DNA of 64,000 nt, taken from a bacterium (GTDB lineage Bacteria; Krumholzibacteriota; Krumholzibacteriia; LZORAL124-64-63). Numbering within the stretch: position 1 is the stretch's first letter; the number at the start of each line of letters is the position of its first letter. The notes below the pieces were generated by a model that made no database searches, was not told the DNA's origin, and saw nothing but the letters and a program-made list of their open reading frames with translations. Below, one piece after another: positions 37,345-45,443 of this stretch. The stretch is from the NCBI GenBank assembly GCA_031441465.1, contig JANOEP010000049.1, forward strand, positions 15,210-79,209, written 5' to 3'. The position numbers and the translations under genes were made by a program.

Positions 37345-38025
37345 ATGATGAAAAAGCTTACGATCGCATCTCTCTTGATCCTGAGCCTCGCGGTCGTCGC
37401 GCAGGCCGGCGTCATCAACGACATCCGCACCGGCGTCATCCCCGAAGGCAGCGTGGTTGTGGTCAACGGCGCCGTGGTGACCGCCGTGCAGAACAACAGC
37501 TTCACGATGACCGAACTGCCCGCCGGCCCCTACACGGCCATCTGGGTCTACGTCGGCGCCGCGCCCACGGTCGCCATCGGCGACCTCGTCGAGGTGAAGG
37601 GCTTGACTCGCAATTTCAACGGCCGCGCCGAGATCAACCTGCTCTACCCCGGCGACGCGCACGCCACGGTCACGGGCTCGGGCCTGGTGCCGAACATCCA
37701 GCTGACCACCACGCAGCTGCAGGCCGACCCCGAAGCTTGGGAGAGCCACGTCGTGACCATCACCGACGGCCTGATCGTGCAGGAGATGCTGCCCGAAGGC
37801 ATGTGGCGCGCCGCTTCGGTCGAGACCGGCCTGAGCGTGGTCTTCGACGACTACTTCTACGACTACGCCACGGTCGACCTGGGCGACTGCTACAACAACG
37901 CCTACGGCATGTACCAGTGGTTCGGCGGCATCTGGATCTTCAAGGTCTTCACGACCGCGGACACCGACTGCACCGTCGCCAACGAGGACTTGAGCTTCGG
38001 TTCGCTCAAGGCGCTCTACCGGTAA
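37345..38025 (+). CDS. Secreted OB-fold protein with C-terminal FGxxKxxYR tail (paralog 1)
   Basis: AGGAG RBS, signal peptide MMKKLTIASL...AQA; ends CTVANEDLSFGSLKALYR*. Confidence 0.8.
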   Translation: MMKKLTIASLLILSLAVVAQAGVINDIRTGVIPEGSVVVVNGAVVTAVQNNSFTMTELPAGPYTAIWVYVGAAPTVAIGDLVEVKGLTRNFNGRAEINLLYPGDAHATVTGSGLVPNIQLTTTQLQADPEAWESHVVTITDGLIVQEMLPEGMWRAASVETGLSVVFDDYFYDYATVDLGDCYNNAYGMYQWFGGIWIFKVFTTADTDCTVANEDLSFGSLKALYR

Positions 38026-38045
38026 TCCGATCCTCTTCGAGGCTG

Positions 38046-38080
38046 GGGAAGGGACCGCCGATCACGGCGGTCCCTTTTTC
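38046..38080 (+). terminator. Intrinsic terminator
   Basis: AAGGGACCGCCG-atca-CGGCGGTCCCTTTTT. Confidence 0.8.
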
Positions 38081-38240
38081 CAACCATCCGGCGCATTCGT
38101 AAAATGATCCACCATTTCGACGGCGCGTTTGCAGAATCCTCCCGATCCGTGCTACGCTCTCGCCCCGACGGCTTCCAGCCTCACCGGGGCGCCCTGCGGC
38201 GCATCCGTGGAAGCCCCCACCTCGACGAAAGGCTTTTGAG

Positions 38241-38930
38241 ATGAAGCTGCTTGCTACCGTGCTGCTGCTGCTGGTCGCCCTGCCCGCGTTCGCCGGAACC
38301 ATCATCGACCTGCAGATGGGCGCCTACACCGTCGGCGCCGAAGTCGTGGTCAACGGCGCCGTGGTCACCGGTGTCCGCTACAACGGTTTCTTCATGACCG
38401 AGGATCCGAACGCGCCCTACGCCGGCGTCTGGGTCTTCACCAGCACCGCCCCCGGCGTGACGGTGGGTCAGCTGGTGAACGTCGCCGGCCTCTACGAGGA
38501 GTACTACAGCTACACGGAGATCAACGTCTTCACCGACCCCAACGGCTACGTCACGGTGCTGGGCGAGCACATGGGCGCCATCTACCCGTTGCCGGTCACG
38601 GTGACCGAACTGGCCGCCAACGGCGAGGCCTACGAGGGCTGCTTCATCATGGTGACCGACGGCATGATCGTGGTGACCGCCCCGAACCCCTACGGCGAGT
38701 GGCAGGTCGAGTCCTACGAGGCGCCCGGCCAGTTCCTTTGGATGGACGACTACTGGTACGACGACACGACCGTCCAGCTGGGCGAATGCTACGACTGCGC
38801 GACGGGCATGCTGGCGTTCAGCTTCGGCACCTTCAGGCTGGAGCCGATCGCCGATGCGATCTGCGTGGTCGACTGCACGGTGGCCAACGAGGACCTGAGC
38901 TTTGGCGCCGTCAAGGCCCTGTACAAGTAG
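38241..38930 (+). CDS. Secreted OB-fold protein with C-terminal FGxxKxxYK tail (paralog 2)
   Basis: Signal peptide; clearly similar to the 37345 protein (VVVNGAVVT, PYxxxWV, TDG, DDYxYD, LGxCY); ends CTVANEDLSFGAVKALYK*. Confidence 0.82.
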   Translation: MKLLATVLLLLVALPAFAGTIIDLQMGAYTVGAEVVVNGAVVTGVRYNGFFMTEDPNAPYAGVWVFTSTAPGVTVGQLVNVAGLYEEYYSYTEINVFTDPNGYVTVLGEHMGAIYPLPVTVTELAANGEAYEGCFIMVTDGMIVVTAPNPYGEWQVESYEAPGQFLWMDDYWYDDTTVQLGECYDCATGMLAFSFGTFRLEPIADAICVVDCTVANEDLSFGAVKALYK

Positions 38931-38957
38931 GTTCTGGCTACGAAATTGTCCCTGCTC

Positions 38958-38983
38958 GAGGCGAGGCCCCGTGGCCTCGCCTC
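38958..38983. terminator. Hairpin between convergent genes
   Basis: GAGGCGAGGCC-ccgt-GGCCTCGCCTC. Confidence 0.6.
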
Positions 38984-39006
38984 TGCCGTTGGCGGTGCGG
39001 CGGCCG

Positions 39007-39975
39007 TCAATCCCCGCGCGCCAGGTGCCCGCGGACGTAGTCGCGGACGCCGTCCTCGAGGCGGGTGAAGGGGCGGTCGTACCCGGCGCGGCGGAGCTTC
39101 GCGAGGTCGGCCTGCGTGTGGTACTGGTACTTCCCGCGCAGGTGGTCGGGCATCTCGATGTAGTCGATCCGGGGCTCGCGGCCCAGGGCCGCGAAGACGG
39201 CGGTCGCCAGGTCGTTCCAGCTGCGGGCCTCGCCGGTGCCGCAGTTGAACAGGCCGTTGATCTGCGGGTGGTCGAGCAGCCAGAGCACGACGTCCACGGC
39301 GTCGCGCACGTCGATGAAATCGCGCACCTGGCCGCCGTCGGCGAATTCCGGGCGGTAGGACTTGAACAGGTCGACCCGGCCGCCCGCGAGGATCTGGCCG
39401 TGGGCCTTGTGGACGACCGAGCGCATGTCGCCCTTGTGGTCCTCGTGCGGGCCGTAGACGTTGAAGAACTTCAGGCCGGCGATGCCGTCCAGATGGTCGT
39501 GGCGCAGTGCCCACAGGTCGAACAGCTGCTTGGAGAAGCCGTACATGTTCAGCGGCGCGAGGGCGGGCGTCGCGGCGTCCTCGTCGCTGTAGCCGAGCGC
39601 GCCGTCGCCGTAGGTGGCGGCGCTGCTGGCGTAGATGAAGCGGATCCCCTCCTCGAGGCACCACTCGCACAGCTCGCGGGTATAGCGGTAGTTGTTGTCC
39701 AGGAGGTAGTCGGCGTCGGTCTCGGTGGTGCTGCTGCAGGCGCCCAGATGGATCACGGCGTCGATGTCGGCGGCCAGCGCGCCCTCGCGCACGTCCAGCC
39801 GGAAGTCGTCCTTGTCCACGACGTCCTCGACGCGCAGGCCCAGCAGGTTGCGCCACTTCGCGCCGTCGCGCAGGCGGTCCACCACCACGATGTCGTCGAC
39901 CCCGCGGGCGTTGAGCCCGCGCACGACGTTGGCGCCGATGAAGCCGGCGCCGCCGGTCACGATGATCCTGCCCAT
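39007..39975 (-). CDS. hldD: ADP-L-glycero-D-manno-heptose 6-epimerase
   Basis: IIVTGGAGFIG, HLGACSSTTE, YASSAATYG, PLNMYGFSK, FNVYGPHEDHKG, KYQYHTQAD. Confidence 0.93.
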   Translation of the reverse strand: MGRIIVTGGAGFIGANVVRGLNARGVDDIVVVDRLRDGAKWRNLLGLRVEDVVDKDDFRLDVREGALAADIDAVIHLGACSSTTETDADYLLDNNYRYTRELCEWCLEEGIRFIYASSAATYGDGALGYSDEDAATPALAPLNMYGFSKQLFDLWALRHDHLDGIAGLKFFNVYGPHEDHKGDMRSVVHKAHGQILAGGRVDLFKSYRPEFADGGQVRDFIDVRDAVDVVLWLLDHPQINGLFNCGTGEARSWNDLATAVFAALGREPRIDYIEMPDHLRGKYQYHTQADLAKLRRAGYDRPFTRLEDGVRDYVRGHLARGD

Positions 39976-40037
39976 GGTCCCTCCCGGGATGCGGGTCGTT
40001 GCGTCGGGTGCGAATCTACCCGCAGGACGGGGCAGCG

Positions 40038-40877
40038 TCAACGCGGGTCGCCGGGAAGGCGGCCCCGCGAGCGTTGCCACAGCTTCCAGTCGCGCATCAC
40101 GGCGCCGATCGCCGAGGTCGCCGACCAGACGAAGCCGGGCCAGCCGTCCACGACGCCGGTGCGCATCACGTACTGGCGCCAGAAGGTGGCCGGACCGGTG
40201 GTCAGCAGGTGCCACCAGCGGAAGCGGTACTTGTCGCCCAGGGCGTCCAGCGTGGTGTAGTGGTCCACCTTGCGCAGGTAGGCGCGCCAGTCGTCCATCG
40301 CCGCGTGCAGCAGCGGTTCCTCGAGCCGGCCCGCCGTGGCGCCGGGAGCGAGCTGCAGGCTCTCGTGGACCAGCGAGGGGGTGAAGCCCGCCCGCCCGCG
40401 CCGGACCAGCCGCAGGGTGTGGTCGCGGGCGAGGCAGCGCGCGCGCATGCGCCGTCCCAGCACGGTGTTGACGCGATGCAGCAGCCAGCCGTCGTGCTGC
40501 CCGAGGCCGCCGCCGGCCTTCAGCTCGCGGAGCCGGTCGCGCAGGGCGGGCGACAACTCCTCGTCGGCGGCGATGCACAGGGCCCAGTCCGCGGACACGC
40601 GGTCCAGCGCCGCCTGCCAGGCGGCGCCGAAGCCGTGGAATTCGAGGCGGTCGGCGACGACGCGGGGGAAGGCGCCGCCCGCGGCGGCGGCGGCGACGAT
40701 GCCGGGCGTGCCGTCGTCGCTGCCGGTGTCCAGGACGACCAGTTCGTCGACCAGCCCCGCGAGGCTGGCGAGGCAGCGCGGCAGGAGCCGCTCCTCGTTC
40801 TTGACGATCAGGAATGCCGCCAGGGTGTCCAGGGTCGCGCCTCGCAGTGTGTCCGTCCTCGTCGGGAGACCGTTCAT
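40038..40877 (-). CDS. GT2 glycosyltransferase (LPS core, WaaE/KdtX-like)
   Basis: IVKNEE, VLDTGSDDGT, AADEEL, VHE, LLH, DGWPG. Confidence 0.8.
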   Translation of the reverse strand: MNGLPTRTDTLRGATLDTLAAFLIVKNEERLLPRCLASLAGLVDELVVLDTGSDDGTPGIVAAAAAGGAFPRVVADRLEFHGFGAAWQAALDRVSADWALCIAADEELSPALRDRLRELKAGGGLGQHDGWLLHRVNTVLGRRMRARCLARDHTLRLVRRGRAGFTPSLVHESLQLAPGATAGRLEEPLLHAAMDDWRAYLRKVDHYTTLDALGDKYRFRWWHLLTTGPATFWRQYVMRTGVVDGWPGFVWSATSAIGAVMRDWKLWQRSRGRLPGDPR

Positions 40878-40957
40878 GGAATATTCTCGTTGAATAATAA
40901 AGAATTACAAGTTTCATTCGTGGGTGCGCCGCGCCGGCGCGAGGTTCGGGCTCCAGG

Positions 40958-42100
40958 ATGTTCGAGGCACGACCCGTGAGGATCCTGTTCAGCAGTTGCC
41001 TGCAGGAGTGGGGGGGCGGCGAGCACTGGATGCTGTCGACCGCCCTCGGGCTGCGCGCCCGGGGCCATCAGGTCGAACTGGCGTGCGCCCGCGGCAGCGA
41101 ACTGGCGCGGCGCGGCGCGGCCGCCGGGCTCGCGGTGACGGAGCTGGTCTTCCACGGCGACCTGGACCCGGCTCTCTCCTGGCGCTACTGGCGGTTGTGC
41201 CGGCGGCACCGGATCGACCTGCTCTGCCTGAACATGGACAAGGTGCTGCGTGTGGCGGGACCAGCCGCGAGGCTGGCCGGCGCCGTGGTCGTGCCGCGGC
41301 GCGGCAGCGAGTCTCCCCTCGGCAGCAAGGTCTCGCACAAACTCGCGTACCTGAAGGTCGCCGCCGGCGTCATCGTCAACTCGCTGGCCACCCGCGCGAC
41401 ACTGCTGGCGAGCGCCCCCTGGCTGCCCGCGGACAAGGTCCGCGTCATCGCCAACGGGATCGACGTCGCACGCTACGCCCCGGACCCCGCCGCGCGCGCC
41501 GCGGTGCGCGCCGAAGCCGGCGCCGGGCCGCGGACGCCGGTGCTCGGGATGGTCGGCGAGCTGACGACGCGCAAGAACCACCTGGTGGTCGTGCGGCAGC
41601 TCGGGGCCCTGCGCGCGCTGCATCCCGACCTGCAGCTGTGGATCGTCGGCGAGGGGCCGCAGCGCGACGTCCTGCTCGAGGCGGCCCGCGCGGCCGGCGC
41701 CGCGGACGCCCTGCGTCTGTTGGGGTTCCGCGACGACGTGCCCCGCATCCTGCAGGGGGTCGACGTGTTCTGCCACCCGGCGCGGCGCGAGGGCTTCGGC
41801 TACGCCGTGGTCGAGGCGATGGCCGCCGGCAAGCCGGTCGTCGTCGCGCGCGCGAGCAACCTGCCGGAGATCGTGCCGGACGGCGAGGCGGGCCTGCTGC
41901 GCGATCCCGACGACGGTGATGGCTGGCGCGGGGCCGTCGCGGCCCTGCTCGGCGACGCCGCGCTGGCCGGGCGGCTGGCAGGCGCGGGCCGGCGGCGGGC
42001 CGGCGAGCTGTACTCGTGCGGGCGGATGCTCGACGAGGTCGAAGAGCATTTCCGAGAGCTGCTGCGCCGTTCCGCCGGGAGCGGAGCCGCGGCCGGTTAG
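40958..42100 (+). CDS. GT4 glycosyltransferase
   Basis: WGGGE, VIANGID, KNH, LGFRDDV, EGFGYAVVEAMAAG. Confidence 0.85.
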   Translation: MFEARPVRILFSSCLQEWGGGEHWMLSTALGLRARGHQVELACARGSELARRGAAAGLAVTELVFHGDLDPALSWRYWRLCRRHRIDLLCLNMDKVLRVAGPAARLAGAVVVPRRGSESPLGSKVSHKLAYLKVAAGVIVNSLATRATLLASAPWLPADKVRVIANGIDVARYAPDPAARAAVRAEAGAGPRTPVLGMVGELTTRKNHLVVVRQLGALRALHPDLQLWIVGEGPQRDVLLEAARAAGAADALRLLGFRDDVPRILQGVDVFCHPARREGFGYAVVEAMAAGKPVVVARASNLPEIVPDGEAGLLRDPDDGDGWRGAVAALLGDAALAGRLAGAGRRRAGELYSCGRMLDEVEEHFRELLRRSAGSGAAAG

Positions 42101-42150
42101 TTTCCGACACCACCACGACCGCAACCCATCACAGCAGACGAGGAGAGGCG

Positions 42151-42624
42151 ATGAGCTACCCCGTGAACGAAAAACAGATCATCCGCAACTGCAAGATCGG
42201 CGAAGGCACCAAGATCTGGAACTTCGTCAACATGTACGATTGCGAGGTGGGCCGCGACAGCATGATCGGCACCTTCGTCGAGCTGCAGAACGGCGTCAAG
42301 GTGGGGGACCGCACGCGCGTCCAGAGCCACACCTTCGTCTGCGAGCTGGTGACCATCGGCGACGACGTGTTCGTTGGCCACGGCGTCATGTTCATCAACG
42401 ACACGATGCCGCCGCAGCCCGAGAAGGAGAAGTGGAAGTCCACGACCATCGAGGACCGCGCCTCGATCGGCAGCAACGTGACCCTGCTGCCGGTGCGCAT
42501 CGGCCACGACGCGGTGGTCGGGGCGGGCGCCGTCGTGACGAAGGACGTGCCGCCAGGCGCCGTCGTCGCCGGCAACCCCGCGCGCATCCTGCGCTACAAG
42601 GAGGGTTTCGGGCCGAAGGCCTGA
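42151..42624 (+). CDS. Hexapeptide-repeat acyltransferase (sugar N-acetyltransferase)
   Basis: Left-handed beta-helix repeats, GVMFIND, GAGAVVTKDV...GNPAR. Confidence 0.85.
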   Translation: MSYPVNEKQIIRNCKIGEGTKIWNFVNMYDCEVGRDSMIGTFVELQNGVKVGDRTRVQSHTFVCELVTIGDDVFVGHGVMFINDTMPPQPEKEKWKSTTIEDRASIGSNVTLLPVRIGHDAVVGAGAVVTKDVPPGAVVAGNPARILRYKEGFGPKA

Positions 42625-42732
42625 TCCGGCTGCGGAACGCCGCCGACGCGATTATCCTGACCCCGCGGTGCGGGCGCCGTCGGCGCCCGTTCCCCTGTCG
42701 AGACGCGACCAGATCCCGGGAGGCCCTTGCAC

Positions 42733-44355
42733 ATGCCGATCTCCTGCCCACACGGCCGGTACAGGTTGTTGCCTGCCTTGGCGTTCCTCGCAGCCTGCGC
42801 CGCCGCCGGACTGGCCGGTCCGCCGGCTTCCGCGGCCCCACCCGCCGCGGCCGAGCCCGACAGCGCCCTGGCGCTAGCCCTCGCCCGGATCGACGGCGAG
42901 CCCCTCGCGCTCGAGCAGGCGCTGCTCGCGGCGGTCGAGGGCTCCACCGATGCGCGGATCGCGCGGGCCGAACTGGACGCCGCGCGGGGTTCGCTGCGGC
43001 GGGAGCGCGGCGGATTCGATCCCGAATTCTTCGGCGGCTTGAGCCGCAACGCTTCCGACCAGCCCACCGCCTCCCTCTTCGCCGGCGCCAGCGTTCTGGA
43101 GACGGAGCAGAGCGTGGGCACGGCGGGGCTGTCCTTGAAGACGCGCTGGGGCACCGAGCTGACGGCCTCGCTGGAAGCGGCGCGGTCCGAGACCAACAAC
43201 GCCTACGCGTCGCTGCGGCCGCAGTACGACGCGGCCGGCCGCCTCGAGCTGCGCCAGCCGCTGTTGAAGGGATTCGGCGCGGCGGCGGGCGGCGCCCTGG
43301 CGTCCGCCGAACGCAGCTACGAGGCCGCGCTCGCCGCTCACGACGACGCCGTCCTGGGCGTGCGCGCCGTGATCGAGACGGCCTACTGGCAGCTCCACGG
43401 TGCGGTGCGCGACCTCGCCGTGCAGCAGTTGCTGCGCGACCAGGCAGCCTCCCTGCTGTCGGAGACCCGCGTCAGGGCGGACGCCGGGTTGATCGGTCCG
43501 GTCCAGGTGGCAAGCTCGCGCGTGTTCCTGGCCGAGCAGGAGCAGGCGCTGCTGGATCGGCGCGAGTCACTGGATCTGGTATCGGACAGCTTCGCCGCGC
43601 TCATCGGGCGCCGCCCGCAGGCGGGAGCGCGCCGCTACCTGACCACCGATGCGCCGCCGCTCGCCTACACGGTGCCCGACGAGGAGGCGACGGTGGCCGT
43701 GGCCCTGTCCGACAACCTCCAACTGCGGTCGTTCGAACGGAATGTGGCCGCCCTGGAGGCGCTCGCGGACGCCGCCGCGGGCAACGCGCGGCCCCGGCTG
43801 GACCTGCTCGGCTCGCTGGGCGGCGCGGGACTGTCCGGTTCGGGCCGGCAGATCGTCTCGCCCTTCGGCGCCGACCCGGAGACCATCCGGACCGCCGACA
43901 TCGGCGGTCTCGGCGAGAGCTTGGACCAGGTCGTGCGGCGGACGTACCCGAACTGGAGCGTCGGCGTGAGCTTCTCGATGCCGCTGGGCGGCCGCGCCGG
44001 AGGCGGCGAACGCGACCGGATCCGGGCCTCCACGACCTACGCGGGCCTGCAGCTCGAGTCCGCGCGCCGCGGCCTGGAATCGCGGGTCCGCGCCGACTGC
44101 CGCGAACTCGCTGCCAGCCGCGACCGGCTCGCCCTGGCCGACGAGGGCGTCGCGGCGTCCCGCGAGCAGGTGCGGATCGGTCTGATCGAGTTCCGCAACG
44201 GCCGCACGACGGCCTTCGAACTGGTGCGCCTGGCGGCCGACCTGGCCGCGGCGCAGCAACGGCATTCCCAGGCGTTGGTGCGCGCCGCCCGCGCGGCGGC
44301 CGACCTGCGGCACCTGACGGCGGACGGTTTCATCACCAAGGAGAGCGGGCAGTGA
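42733..44355 (+). CDS. TolC-family outer-membrane efflux protein
   Basis: Signal peptide, ELRQPLL.G, AYWQL, PRLDL, WSVGVSFSMPLG; first gene of the RND operon. Confidence 0.85.
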   Translation: MPISCPHGRYRLLPALAFLAACAAAGLAGPPASAAPPAAAEPDSALALALARIDGEPLALEQALLAAVEGSTDARIARAELDAARGSLRRERGGFDPEFFGGLSRNASDQPTASLFAGASVLETEQSVGTAGLSLKTRWGTELTASLEAARSETNNAYASLRPQYDAAGRLELRQPLLKGFGAAAGGALASAERSYEAALAAHDDAVLGVRAVIETAYWQLHGAVRDLAVQQLLRDQAASLLSETRVRADAGLIGPVQVASSRVFLAEQEQALLDRRESLDLVSDSFAALIGRRPQAGARRYLTTDAPPLAYTVPDEEATVAVALSDNLQLRSFERNVAALEALADAAAGNARPRLDLLGSLGGAGLSGSGRQIVSPFGADPETIRTADIGGLGESLDQVVRRTYPNWSVGVSFSMPLGGRAGGGERDRIRASTTYAGLQLESARRGLESRVRADCRELAASRDRLALADEGVAASREQVRIGLIEFRNGRTTAFELVRLAADLAAAQQRHSQALVRAARAAADLRHLTADGFITKESGQ

Positions 44356-45443
44356 TTCACCGACACGCGGTATCGAAGCGCGCCGCGGGCGCGATCCTCG
44401 CGGCCCTCGTCCTGGCCCTGGCCGCCGGCTGCGCGAAGGAGAAGGCGGGGGGCGGCTTCGCCATGCCGCCGATGCCGGTCGTCACGGCGACGGCGACGCC
44501 CACGGCCATGCACGACAGCTACACGGCCGTCGGCACCTTCGAGGCGACCGAGCAGGTCGTCGTCACGGCCGAGATCGACGGCCTGGTCATGGAGCTGCCC
44601 TTCCGCGAGGGCGGCGCCCTGCGCCGGGGCGACCTGATCGCGCGGATCGACGACGCCCAGACCCGCGCCGAGACCGACCGCGCCGAGGCCCGCGTCGCGC
44701 AGAGCAGCGCCGCGTTCGACCGCGTGCGCTCCGTCGTCGACCAGGGCGCCGGCGCCCCGCAGGACCTCGACGACGCCGCGGCGGCCCTGAAGGTGGCCGA
44801 GGCCGACCTGGCGGTGGCCCGGGCGCGTCTGGCCAAGACCAGGATCGTCGCGGCCTTCGACGGCACCGCCGGCACGCGCCGCGTCAGCCGCGGCGCCTTC
44901 CTGCGGACCGGCGACGCGATCACCGAGCTGGCCCGCCTCGACCGGCTGCGCCTGCTGTTCGCGGTGCCCGAGCGGTACCTGGGCGCGCTGCGCCCGGGCG
45001 CGCCGGTCGCGGTGCGGACCACGGCCTACCCGGACCTCGTGTTGTCCGGCACGCTCGCCGTCGTCGAGCCGGTGGTCGACGCGGCCACCCGCAGCGTCGG
45101 GGTCGTGGCCCTGATCGACAACGCCGACGGCCGCCTGCGGCCCGGCATGTCGGCCGAGGCGTCGGTGGTGCTGGACGAGCGGCCCGCGGCGCTGGCCCTG
45201 CCCAGCGAAGCCGTGGTCGCCCAGGGCGACCGCATGCTCGTCTACGTGATCCAGCCCGACAGCACGGTCGCGCCCGTCCCGGTGACCCTGGGTCTGCGCA
45301 CTTCCTCCCTCGTCGAGATCCTCGAAGGCCTCGCCCCGGGTGCGCTGGTGGTGCGTGCCGGTCATCAGAAGATCTACCCGGGCGCCCGCGTGATCCCCCT
45401 TCCGGCCGGCGACGCGCCGACCGCCGGCGGAGGGGCCCGATGA
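44352..45443 (+). CDS. RND efflux periplasmic adaptor (MFP)
   Basis: GTG overlapping the TolC stop; lipobox LAAGC; RIVAAFDG, VDAATRS, LRPGMSA, VEILEGL. Confidence 0.88.
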   Translation: MIHRHAVSKRAAGAILAALVLALAAGCAKEKAGGGFAMPPMPVVTATATPTAMHDSYTAVGTFEATEQVVVTAEIDGLVMELPFREGGALRRGDLIARIDDAQTRAETDRAEARVAQSSAAFDRVRSVVDQGAGAPQDLDDAAAALKVAEADLAVARARLAKTRIVAAFDGTAGTRRVSRGAFLRTGDAITELARLDRLRLLFAVPERYLGALRPGAPVAVRTTAYPDLVLSGTLAVVEPVVDAATRSVGVVALIDNADGRLRPGMSAEASVVLDERPAALALPSEAVVAQGDRMLVYVIQPDSTVAPVPVTLGLRTSSLVEILEGLAPGALVVRAGHQKIYPGARVIPLPAGDAPTAGGGAR

